From: Chitinophagaceae bacterium
GTDB lineage: Bacteria; Bacteroidota; Bacteroidia; Chitinophagales; Chitinophagaceae
Assembly: GCA_040510375.1 (NCBI GenBank)
Contig: JBEVJC010000024.1
Coordinates: 84,071 to 148,070 of the forward strand
Length of the DNA stretch: 64,000 nt
Direction: 5' to 3'
The notes beneath the pieces are model-generated. The model searched no databases. It was not told where the DNA came from and saw only the letters and a list, made by a program, of their open reading frames with translations. Shown one piece after another: positions 46,419-55,053 of this stretch; position 1 is the first letter of the stretch; the number at the start of each line of letters is the position of its first letter. The position numbers were made by a program, and so were the translations under genes.

Positions 46419-47261
46419 ATGAAACTGAACCTTTCCGCCGAACTTACCTATACTACTTTTGAGCCCTGCGTTATTGTACTCAATATCCATGCATCCCGCG
46501 GACCGCAGGTGATCATTGAAGAAAATTTTATTGTTACAGGCGACCAGCACTTTACCGAGATCCCTTCATTCCCCGATAATAACCGGCTGATCCGCATCAA
46601 CACCAATTCGCCCGGCCAGATCCATTGCTCTTATACTGCTACGGTCGACAACCATTTCACCATTATTGATTGCGAAGGAGCCGCACCTGTCAACGTTGGC
46701 ACCCTGCCTCCTGAAATACTGAATTATCTCAACCCGAGCCGGTATTGTCAATCGGATAAATTATACCGCCTGGCCAATCACCAGTTTGGAAAAATTGAAA
46801 ATGATTTTGAAAAAGTACTGGCCATCACTGAATGGATTTACCAGAATGTAGAATATCTCAATGGTTCAACCAATGCTGAAACATCCGCTTACGATACGGT
46901 CACACAACAGGCTGGTGTATGCCGCGACTTCGCCCACCTGGGCACAGCCCTTTGCCGGGCAATCACCATACCCGCACGTTACTGTGCCGTTTACGCCTAC
47001 CAGTTGATCCCGCAGGATTTCCACGCCTGTTTCGAAGCCTATATTGCCGGTCGTTGGGTGATCTTTGATGCAACCAAACTTGCACCCCTAAACGGAATGG
47101 CGCGTATAGCAGTTGGACGCGACGCAGCTGACACTGCTATCGCCAGCCTGTTCGGAAATGTTACGGGAGATTACCTGATGGTTGGTGCGCAATCAGCCGA
47201 TAATAATTTTGTCCCCCATTTTTATTCCGAAGGAAGTTACAAGGGTATCAGTTATGAATGA
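46419..47261 (+). CDS. transglutaminase-like cysteine protease-fold protein with a bacterial transglutaminase N-terminal domain
   Basis: Catalytic Cys block QQAGVCRDFAHL, then His/Asp region FHACFEAYIAGRWVIFDAT. Confidence 0.8.
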   Translation: MKLNLSAELTYTTFEPCVIVLNIHASRGPQVIIEENFIVTGDQHFTEIPSFPDNNRLIRINTNSPGQIHCSYTATVDNHFTIIDCEGAAPVNVGTLPPEILNYLNPSRYCQSDKLYRLANHQFGKIENDFEKVLAITEWIYQNVEYLNGSTNAETSAYDTVTQQAGVCRDFAHLGTALCRAITIPARYCAVYAYQLIPQDFHACFEAYIAGRWVIFDATKLAPLNGMARIAVGRDAADTAIASLFGNVTGDYLMVGAQSADNNFVPHFYSEGSYKGISYE

Positions 47262-47321
47262 TCATTAAGGAAGCTGCAGAAACATCAACTATCATAAATG
47301 AAACTGCAGCGGTTACGTTGA

Positions 47322-49298
47322 TTATTTTAAAAGGTATTTATCAAACCATGCATAGTATCGTTCATACCTGTCTTTAATAAAACTTGGCTGGGTGATCCCA
47401 TGGAACTGGCCGGGGTAGACGATCAGTTCAGTTGGAATATTCAACGAACGAAGGGCCTGGTACATCTGTTCACTTCCTGCAATGGGCACATTAAAATCCC
47501 TTTCACCACCCATGAACATGGTGGGTGTCCGGATCCGGTCGGCATGCAACAGCGGGTACGACATCTTTATATAACGTTGCAGGTTATCTTCTTTCCATGG
47601 CACGCCAAGTTCATTATCATACTGGAGAATATACTGGTCAATTCCATAAAGTGATAGTGGCGCTCCCATTCCCGCCCCGCTGCTGGCGGCTTTGAAACGG
47701 GTTGTGGTGGCAATTACATAGTCTGTCAGAATACCTCCGTAACTCCAGCCCATGATCCCCATCCTGGCAGAATCGGCAAGACCCTCCTTAACCAGGTGAT
47801 CGGCAACGCCCAGGATGTCCATCACTTCAAGGTTACCCCAGTCGCCCGAGATCGCATGTGTATAAGCAAGTCCCCGCCCACTGCTGCCCCGGTAATTAAC
47901 GGTAGCAACCAGGTATCCCCTTGCAGCGAGCATCTGGCTGGTCAGGTCAAACCCAAGTTCGTTTTGGGAAACGGGTCCGCCATGGATATTCATGATCATG
48001 GGGAGGCTGGTCCGGTCCTTCCCGGGCGGGAATAATAAGGTCCCCGATACCTTCGTACCATCCTTACTGGTTGAAGTATACCGTTCCACTTTTGCAAAAT
48101 TCACCGAGTCGGTAAATTTTTTGTTGACCGAAGTGATCTTCTCCAGCTGGTCGTTTTTAACCGTATAGATTTCCGAAGGTGCATTCGATTCAGCAATCAT
48201 CACTGCCCAGTTGCCAACCGATTGTGCTTCCAGTGCGGAGAAAGAACGATCTCCACCGATTATTTTCCGGAAAGATTTTTTTCCGGGTTCATATGTGGCC
48301 AGGTAGGACCTTGTATCATCCTGGATCAATACTCCAATCGACCTGCTGTCCTTCGACCAGGCAAATGTACTTACCGGCCGATCGAGATCTTTGGATATAA
48401 GGACCGGCTCCCCTCCCGTTGCGGGGATCACACAGAGAATTCCCTGGTCATAATATTCAGAACTTGCATCACTGGTTGACCGGATATACGCAATCGACCT
48501 GCCATCATCACTCCATTTGGGATCGTTATCGCTACCTGGCCAGGTAGTAAGTTGTTTTATAGGTGCACCCTTCCGCGCTTCAATTAACCAGAGGTCCGTA
48601 TTCATGTTGCGGTCGGGATCAGCAGTACGGTTACTGACGAATACGATCGATTTACTGTCAGGACTCCATTGCGGATCGGACTCATTAAAATTACCACTGG
48701 TCAGTGAATCGGTGGTCTTTGTTGTTATATCAAAAAGGTAAAGATGTGTACTCCGTGTATCATATTTATAACCCTGCACATCCTGTTTAAATTTATACCG
48801 GTTGATTATATAGGGTATCCGTTTGCTGTTGGCCGTATCAGGAAGATCAGTTTCCGTCAACACCAGTTTTTTACTGTCGGGACTCCACCGGTAATCATTC
48901 ACACCGCGTTTTTCATCGGTTAGTTTGATCCCTTCACCACCCCGGCGGTCGAGCAACCAGACCTGCGATTTACCTCCTTCCCTGGATGACACAAATGAAA
49001 TGTATTTTCCATCGGGGCTCCATTGCGGGTCCGATTCTGATTCCGCACTGCTGGTAAGCTGGATCGTTTCCCGGCCATCCCAGCTTGTCATCCAGATATC
49101 GGTGGATGCACGGTCCTTTGAAGAATCGGTGCTGCTGATAGCATAAGCCACCCATTTACCATCGGGGGAAACAGATGGCGAACGGATTGATTTGATCTTA
49201 TAAATATCACCAGGGCGCATTACGCGCTGGGCCTGGCTTTCATTAATCAATAAAGTGCAGAATAATACTAAGGGGAACTTGAAAAAATGTTTTTGCAT
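47322..49298 (-). CDS. S9 family serine peptidase (prolyl oligopeptidase/acylaminoacyl-peptidase type) with N-terminal beta-propeller
   Basis: Repeated SPDGK/WSPD propeller motifs; nucleophile GWSYGG; signal peptide. Confidence 0.85.
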   Translation of the reverse strand: MQKHFFKFPLVLFCTLLINESQAQRVMRPGDIYKIKSIRSPSVSPDGKWVAYAISSTDSSKDRASTDIWMTSWDGRETIQLTSSAESESDPQWSPDGKYISFVSSREGGKSQVWLLDRRGGEGIKLTDEKRGVNDYRWSPDSKKLVLTETDLPDTANSKRIPYIINRYKFKQDVQGYKYDTRSTHLYLFDITTKTTDSLTSGNFNESDPQWSPDSKSIVFVSNRTADPDRNMNTDLWLIEARKGAPIKQLTTWPGSDNDPKWSDDGRSIAYIRSTSDASSEYYDQGILCVIPATGGEPVLISKDLDRPVSTFAWSKDSRSIGVLIQDDTRSYLATYEPGKKSFRKIIGGDRSFSALEAQSVGNWAVMIAESNAPSEIYTVKNDQLEKITSVNKKFTDSVNFAKVERYTSTSKDGTKVSGTLLFPPGKDRTSLPMIMNIHGGPVSQNELGFDLTSQMLAARGYLVATVNYRGSSGRGLAYTHAISGDWGNLEVMDILGVADHLVKEGLADSARMGIMGWSYGGILTDYVIATTTRFKAASSGAGMGAPLSLYGIDQYILQYDNELGVPWKEDNLQRYIKMSYPLLHADRIRTPTMFMGGERDFNVPIAGSEQMYQALRSLNIPTELIVYPGQFHGITQPSFIKDRYERYYAWFDKYLLK

Positions 49299-49429
49299 GG
49301 TTAGTCGGTTGGCTTGAATTTAAGCAAAAAACCAATCCGATGTCTGCAAGTGATTTTTGCGCATCAATTTATTATTTTTTATCATGCAACGATAATTAAC
49401 GCCCGACTGTCATTGGTAAAAAAACGCTG

Positions 49430-49786
49430 ATGAGACGAGTTTTTTATTCCCTGATGCTGGTTACGGTATTGGCAGCCTGTTCCAAATCGGACGATACCCA
49501 TCAGGAACCGCTCCCCTGGATCGCTACCACTCAGGAACAGGAATGGCTGAACGACCTTAAGGCGCAATACGCGTCCTGCGATTGCCTCACGGGAATCCGG
49601 ATGGGAATTTACGAAGGGCAGAAAGTATACGAAGTGTACCTGTTTGATCCTCGTTGCAACGGCATCAATGCGGTATATAAAACCGATGGAACAGTCTGGT
49701 TTACCAGCGTCGAAGCCGACAAATACAAAGTTTACTGGGCCAATGTAACCGACATTTTCGAGTTGTGGAAATGCTCGCAGGGATAA
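49430..49786 (+). CDS. small lipoprotein, unknown function
   Basis: Lipobox LAACS. Confidence 0.5.
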   Translation: MRRVFYSLMLVTVLAACSKSDDTHQEPLPWIATTQEQEWLNDLKAQYASCDCLTGIRMGIYEGQKVYEVYLFDPRCNGINAVYKTDGTVWFTSVEADKYKVYWANVTDIFELWKCSQG

Positions 49787-49870
49787 CTGAAACCTTCTTT
49801 ACTGCAACTGATTCGGTAACCTCCATATGTTTTTTGCTCTCCGGTGTCGATTTCCGCATCACTCATCACC

Positions 49871-52300
49871 TCAGTTTTTTCTTTTGGAACGATATCCTGC
49901 GTAGTCGAAGAAATAAATCACTTTAAGTGAAAGACTATTAAATGACGGCGACTGCACCGCTGTTTTTAAATTACGATAGTACCTGTCCATCACTAGCTGG
50001 TCGTATGTTTCAGAAGCCGTTTTCCATGTAGCATTTATAAAACTGCCGGGTGCAAACTGCCAGGTGAAATTCATATCCATGTTTAGCAGGTTGGCATTTA
50101 TATCCGGATCACGGTAAACAGCGTTCACCGGTACCACCCTGCCATCTTCCTTTACTGCAAAAAAATCATAATAGTGCACCTTGCTCCAATAGTGACGCAA
50201 ACGCATTGTCAGCCAGGTTTTCCGGCTGAAATTATACTTTATATTCAGTATGTTTTCAACCGTACGGATCTTCCGGAGACTCATGAAGGCTGAATCTCCC
50301 GACTGGTTAAGCGTAGCGAAACCGAAGTTGCGGTTATGGAACTCACCGTAATGGCTAAGTGTTAAGCTAAGTTTTTCGTTGAACCGGAAGGTATTACTCA
50401 AGGTCGCTTCCAGGTTGCTGGTGTTGTACCTTTTTGATGTGCGGCTATAAGTCTCAAATGTAAAGCTGTATTTTTTGGCAGAGTTTGAGCCAACACCGGC
50501 TCCCTTCATAAATGAACCCGGTTGTTTGACTACCATGCCCGGAATCCTTGCCTCATAAAAATCGTTCCTCGACGGATCCAACGAGAAGTTTACCCATACC
50601 TGCCAGAGGCTTTTCAACTGGGAGTTGACATTCGTACTGAGTTTGAAATCCTGGTAACGGCGCGGCTTGTACAACTGGGTATACTCGCCGTTCATGTTGA
50701 AGTAAATATTGTTATAGAATGATTTTGGTTTTACGAGTTTATACCCTGCATAAAAACCATGGCCAACATAATTGTTGTTCCTGAAATAACCCATATCGGA
50801 CTGGTTATATTTATCATCTGCAAAGAGCCGGTGGACATCAAAATTGAAATTACCCTTGAATTTTCCCAAAAACAGCCGATATGAACTCCCTGCCCATGTT
50901 TTACCCGGTGCCTCATATCCGGTCAACCTGCTATGGTTGACCTGGCCCCATACATTCCAGTTGACATTTTTATCATAGAGATCCCAGTCGATAGCACTTA
51001 CATTGGCATCGTAGGCGCTGCCATTTCTCAAAACGTTGGTGTTGACAAGGGTTACCCGCGAATTATTCGGGAGCGACTGATCAAGCACCAATACATTGTA
51101 ATTGGTAAGTGGTGAGGTTTCGATCTTGTATTTTTCTTTAAGGTTCGTCTCCACTGTAGCATACTGCGCATCAGTAATGGCGTTGAAAAAACCGATCCCC
51201 AGTTTCTTCTTTGTACGGCCGCTGATCTTGGTTGCATTGATAAGTTTGGTCTGACCTGGATTTTCAATCACTGTATGTCCCCCGGGAATATCATACGCCC
51301 GGCTATAATTAATTGGCGTACCACCGATCCGGCGGCTGTAAAACAGGTTGGCCTTACTGAAAAGTTCGGTACCCTCATTAAAGAATTGCCGGTTCTCATT
51401 AAACCTTACTTCAAACGGACTCAGGTTCAACACCTGGTTATCACTTTGCACCTGACCAAAGTCAGGAATCAGGGTCATATCCATTGTAAAGCCATCAGTG
51501 ATTCCGTATTTGACATCCATACCCCCGTTTACACTGGTCTCCCATTTATCGGCTTCACCGGGACGGCGATTAGCATACGTGGAGAAATAGGGCGAAAACG
51601 AAAGCCGCAAGGGCGGTTTGATGTCGCGGATTCCGGTCCAGGATCCCGACTGGTTAACAAATCCGAAACGGGTGGGATCAACCGGACTCCAGGAGTATTG
51701 CTGGCCGGTCCTTGCGCGTCGCCGCAGGATATTTATATTCCAGTCCTGCATTTTTGCCCGGCTGAACCGGAGGGCATGATAAGGAATCTGCATTTCAAAA
51801 GTCCAGCCTTTATCAGTTATCTGCGTTTGCGTAAAATAAACTGCATTCCAGCTGATGTCTTCATTGCCGATCGAATATTTTACATCGAACTGTTCATTTA
51901 AGGGAGATACATAAAAACCAAGACCATTAATTTTATCCTGATAGGTGTCGAAGATAATACCGGCAAAATCGTTGATACCGATCTCGTCGCGTCCGGCTAA
52001 CTGGGTGGTAACACTGTCTTTCGACCGTTCCCGGATGATGCCGGCAAAATATACATTTTCATCATCGTACAATAGATAGTAGGAAGAACTGGTTTCCGCA
52101 TCTTCCGGCCGGTTGAATGTTGGCCGCATTTCCACCATTCCGTTAATGGCTTCACCGGATTTCCAGACAGCCTCGTCCGGAATGCCATCAAGCTTCACCG
52201 GTGCGGTTGCACGGGTAGCCGGAAGTTTTTTTAACGCAGGTAGTTGCGCGTTACCTGTAATGGTAGCCAGAAGAAGTACGAAGCAGCAGGTCTTTCTCAT
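49871..52300 (-). CDS. DUF5916 / CBM9-like domain outer-membrane-associated protein
   Basis: N-terminal VKLDGIPDEAVWKSGEAINGMVEMRP...YLLYDDENVYFAG (CBM9-like), then about 550 aa of beta-rich region ending in an aromatic-rich C-terminus. Confidence 0.65.
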   Translation of the reverse strand: MRKTCCFVLLLATITGNAQLPALKKLPATRATAPVKLDGIPDEAVWKSGEAINGMVEMRPTFNRPEDAETSSSYYLLYDDENVYFAGIIRERSKDSVTTQLAGRDEIGINDFAGIIFDTYQDKINGLGFYVSPLNEQFDVKYSIGNEDISWNAVYFTQTQITDKGWTFEMQIPYHALRFSRAKMQDWNINILRRRARTGQQYSWSPVDPTRFGFVNQSGSWTGIRDIKPPLRLSFSPYFSTYANRRPGEADKWETSVNGGMDVKYGITDGFTMDMTLIPDFGQVQSDNQVLNLSPFEVRFNENRQFFNEGTELFSKANLFYSRRIGGTPINYSRAYDIPGGHTVIENPGQTKLINATKISGRTKKKLGIGFFNAITDAQYATVETNLKEKYKIETSPLTNYNVLVLDQSLPNNSRVTLVNTNVLRNGSAYDANVSAIDWDLYDKNVNWNVWGQVNHSRLTGYEAPGKTWAGSSYRLFLGKFKGNFNFDVHRLFADDKYNQSDMGYFRNNNYVGHGFYAGYKLVKPKSFYNNIYFNMNGEYTQLYKPRRYQDFKLSTNVNSQLKSLWQVWVNFSLDPSRNDFYEARIPGMVVKQPGSFMKGAGVGSNSAKKYSFTFETYSRTSKRYNTSNLEATLSNTFRFNEKLSLTLSHYGEFHNRNFGFATLNQSGDSAFMSLRKIRTVENILNIKYNFSRKTWLTMRLRHYWSKVHYYDFFAVKEDGRVVPVNAVYRDPDINANLLNMDMNFTWQFAPGSFINATWKTASETYDQLVMDRYYRNLKTAVQSPSFNSLSLKVIYFFDYAGYRSKRKN

Positions 52301-52449
52301 TTTTTGTGTTGGGGTGTAAATAAAACGATATCAAATCGGTTTCGTTACAAAAACAGATATAAAAAAATCCTAACAAATGATGAGTGGTATTACGGGTAGA
52401 TGGGTGGATTTTTTCTCATATGAAGAAAATAATTGCGCCTTCGTTAGCA

Positions 52450-52462
52450 ATTGATTATCAAT
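52450..52462. promoter_or_regulatory. 13-nt palindrome in a divergent promoter region
   Basis: ATTGAT-T-ATCAAT, 116 nt upstream of the ATG at 52578. Confidence 0.15.
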
Positions 52463-52577
52463 AGTTTTAATTTGTCCGACGATCGAACCCGTGTAGAAAA
52501 AAGTCCCCACAATCACTAAGGGTATTGCAGTTATCAAACTAAGTGTTTACATTTACTATATCCAATCTTGTTCGATA

Positions 52578-53729
52578 ATGAAAAACCAACTAACGCAACA
52601 AAATCAGGACTCTAAAGTCCTATCCAGCAGATATTTACAACTGCTGGCTACCCCAATCATCCTTCTTTTCCTGACCACATCACCAGTGCGGTCGCAAATT
52701 CTGGCACAGTGGGGTTTTAATGGTAATAATACGGGTATAGCGGGACCCCTGACTTCCTTAATGCCGGCAGTTTTTTCACCCTCAGTCACTTCAACCGCCT
52801 ATAATTCTACCGTTTTCTATGGGGAAGGTGGGTGGCCTGCGGCGGGACTGAGTCCTGCCCATTATTTTGAATTCGGTCTTGCACCACTGGTTGGTAATTC
52901 ACTCAATATTGCAACAATTGCCCTGACTATCCGGCGCAGCTCAACAGGTACATCGGGAAGTGGTCCCACCCAGTTTGCTATCCGTTCCAGTATTGATGGT
53001 TATACATCCGATATACTTACGGGAAATCTTACCCCTTCTGCTACAACGTTTACATTTTCGCCGGGCAGTTCATTCATCAGTCTGTTACTGGGAGTAAGGT
53101 TCCGGGTTTATGGGTACCAGGCAGTGATAAGTTCAGGCGGGTTAAGCCGCCTGGTGATGGAAAACCTGCAGGTCAATGGTATTGGTACCATCCTTCCGGC
53201 GAGGATCGTCCAGTTCGGTGCAGTATTAAGAAACAGGAATGTGCAGGTGAAGTATGAAATAACAAATAACGAACCCGGGACAATATTCGCGATCGAACGT
53301 TCTGTCAATGGTACTGATTATAAAACCATCGACCTATATAGTGGCAGAAACGATCAGGATCAGTTCGTATATAGTTTTGATGATGCGGTGCAGTCAATCG
53401 CGGGTCAACTTCTTTATTACCGGCTGCGAATAACATTCCCGTCGGGACAGAAAATTTATTCAAATGTTTCTTCAGTAGACCTGACAACTGTATTACCTGA
53501 GCGGCTGACAACAATCCAGCAAGGCAGTACCCTGATCGTGCGCCCTACTCTTCATGGATCAGGTGAGCTGAGAATTTTCAATACAAACGGCCAGATACTT
53601 CATGTTGCGAAAGCAATAGCAGGAAATTCGCTGATCTCGGTCGACCTGCCACAACACCCGGCTGGCGTGTATTTCATCCAGGTAACAAACGGAAAACTTC
53701 TGGAGAGCACCAGTGTTTTTTTAAGATAA
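52578..53729 (+). CDS. T9SS type A sorting-domain (Por C-terminal domain) secreted protein, N-terminal function unknown
   Basis: The C-terminal ~80 aa (LIVRPTLHGSGELRIFNTNGQILHVAK...AGVYFIQVTNGKLLESTSVFL) match the T9SS CTD pattern. Confidence 0.7.
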   Translation: MKNQLTQQNQDSKVLSSRYLQLLATPIILLFLTTSPVRSQILAQWGFNGNNTGIAGPLTSLMPAVFSPSVTSTAYNSTVFYGEGGWPAAGLSPAHYFEFGLAPLVGNSLNIATIALTIRRSSTGTSGSGPTQFAIRSSIDGYTSDILTGNLTPSATTFTFSPGSSFISLLLGVRFRVYGYQAVISSGGLSRLVMENLQVNGIGTILPARIVQFGAVLRNRNVQVKYEITNNEPGTIFAIERSVNGTDYKTIDLYSGRNDQDQFVYSFDDAVQSIAGQLLYYRLRITFPSGQKIYSNVSSVDLTTVLPERLTTIQQGSTLIVRPTLHGSGELRIFNTNGQILHVAKAIAGNSLISVDLPQHPAGVYFIQVTNGKLLESTSVFLR

Positions 53730-53762
53730 AACTCATTTAGCCACCAATAGCGACGACTAACA

Positions 53763-53791
53763 CACCCCGGGCCTTAAATAACCCCGGGGTG
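53763..53791. terminator. GC-rich hairpin between convergent genes
   Basis: CACCCCGGG (53763-53771) pairs with CCCGGGGTG (53783-53791). There is no clear T-run on either side. Confidence 0.4.
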
Positions 53792-53803
53792 CAGTCGTTT
53801 ATA

Positions 53804-53882
53804 TCAGGTTTTATATTCCAACCACTTCACCTTCATTACCTCAGGCTTTATATTCCACCCACTTCAATTCGCCTTCATTACT
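53804..53882. repeat. tandem duplication of the 3' end of the Gfo/Idh/MocA gene
   Basis: 53804-53840 (tcaggttttatattccaaccacttcaccttcattacc) matches 53841-53882 (tcaggctttatattccacccacttcaattcgccttcattact). The second copy holds the real stop codon and the last 13 codons. Confidence 0.8.
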
Positions 53883-54998
53883 TTTTACAACGGTATCAAT
53901 AAAGGCCATACCCCTGACACCTTCGGTTGCTGAAGGGAATTCAACCAATGCCGGATCCACGGGTTTGCCACCCATTTTAGCCATTACAGTAAGTACGAAA
54001 TTGCGGTAAAGATTGGCGAATGCTTCGAGGTAACCCTCCGGATGCCCGCCCGGTGTGCGTGTATTGGCTTTTGCAAGCGGACTCAGGTATGGTTGACCTG
54101 CACGGATCACTTCGGAGGGTTTATCAAGCCAGCGAAGTAATAAAGTATTCGGTTCCATCTGGTGCCATTCAAGTGCACCTTTCTCTCCATAGATTTTTAA
54201 ACTGATATTATTCTCCTCTCCTGCCATTACCTGGCTTGCAATAAGAACACCCGTGGCGCCATTATTGAATTTCAGGAGAACAGTTCCATCATCGTCCAGC
54301 TGTCTTCCTTCCACAACAGTTGAAAGGTGTGCGCAGACACTGGTTACTTCCAGGCCGGTAATATATTCAGCCAGGTTAAACGCATGCGTACCGATGTCCC
54401 CCATCACAGAACTCTTGCCCGCTTTTTTGGGATCCGTGCGCCAGGCTGCGCCTGCATTTCCTTCCCTTTCCGACAGGCGGCTCAACCATCCCTGGCGATA
54501 TTCGGCGGTGACCTTGCGGATTTTGCCGAGCACACCTTGTTTTACGAGGTCTTTGGCATGTTTTACCAATGGATAACCCGTGTATACATGGGTGAGGCAA
54601 AGTGTAAGGCCTTTCTCCTCTGTTTTCTTCTGCAGTTGTATGGCTTCTTCCACCGACACGGCAATCGGTTTTTCAATTACCACATTAAAGCCTTTTTCCA
54701 ATGCCATCATCGCAGGTGCAAAATGAAGGAAGTTGGGAGTAACGATACTTACAAAATCCATACGCACACCTTCCGGAAGCTGGCTTTCTTTCTCCAGCAT
54801 TTCTTCCCAGGTGGTGTAGATGCGGTCGTCCGGAAGAAACAATGATTTACCACTTTCAATGGCCACATCGGGATGCATGCTCAATGCACCGCAGACGAAC
54901 TCCACCTTTCCATCCATATTGGCGGCGTTGCGGTGAATGGCTCCTATAAACCCATCCAGGCCACCCCCGATCATACCCATCCTTAACTTACGATTCAT
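53841..54998 (-). CDS. Gfo/Idh/MocA family oxidoreductase
   Basis: N-terminal Rossmann motif MGMIGGGLDGFIGAIH; C-terminal alpha/beta domain typical of the family. Confidence 0.8.
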   Translation of the reverse strand: MNRKLRMGMIGGGLDGFIGAIHRNAANMDGKVEFVCGALSMHPDVAIESGKSLFLPDDRIYTTWEEMLEKESQLPEGVRMDFVSIVTPNFLHFAPAMMALEKGFNVVIEKPIAVSVEEAIQLQKKTEEKGLTLCLTHVYTGYPLVKHAKDLVKQGVLGKIRKVTAEYRQGWLSRLSEREGNAGAAWRTDPKKAGKSSVMGDIGTHAFNLAEYITGLEVTSVCAHLSTVVEGRQLDDDGTVLLKFNNGATGVLIASQVMAGEENNISLKIYGEKGALEWHQMEPNTLLLRWLDKPSEVIRAGQPYLSPLAKANTRTPGGHPEGYLEAFANLYRNFVLTVMAKMGGKPVDPALVEFPSATEGVRGMAFIDTVVKSNEGELKWVEYKA

Positions 54999-55053
54999 TT
55001 TTTTGCTTTTTTGGTTATCACCTTAATAAGGTGCCTAAGTTAAAGCAAACGGA

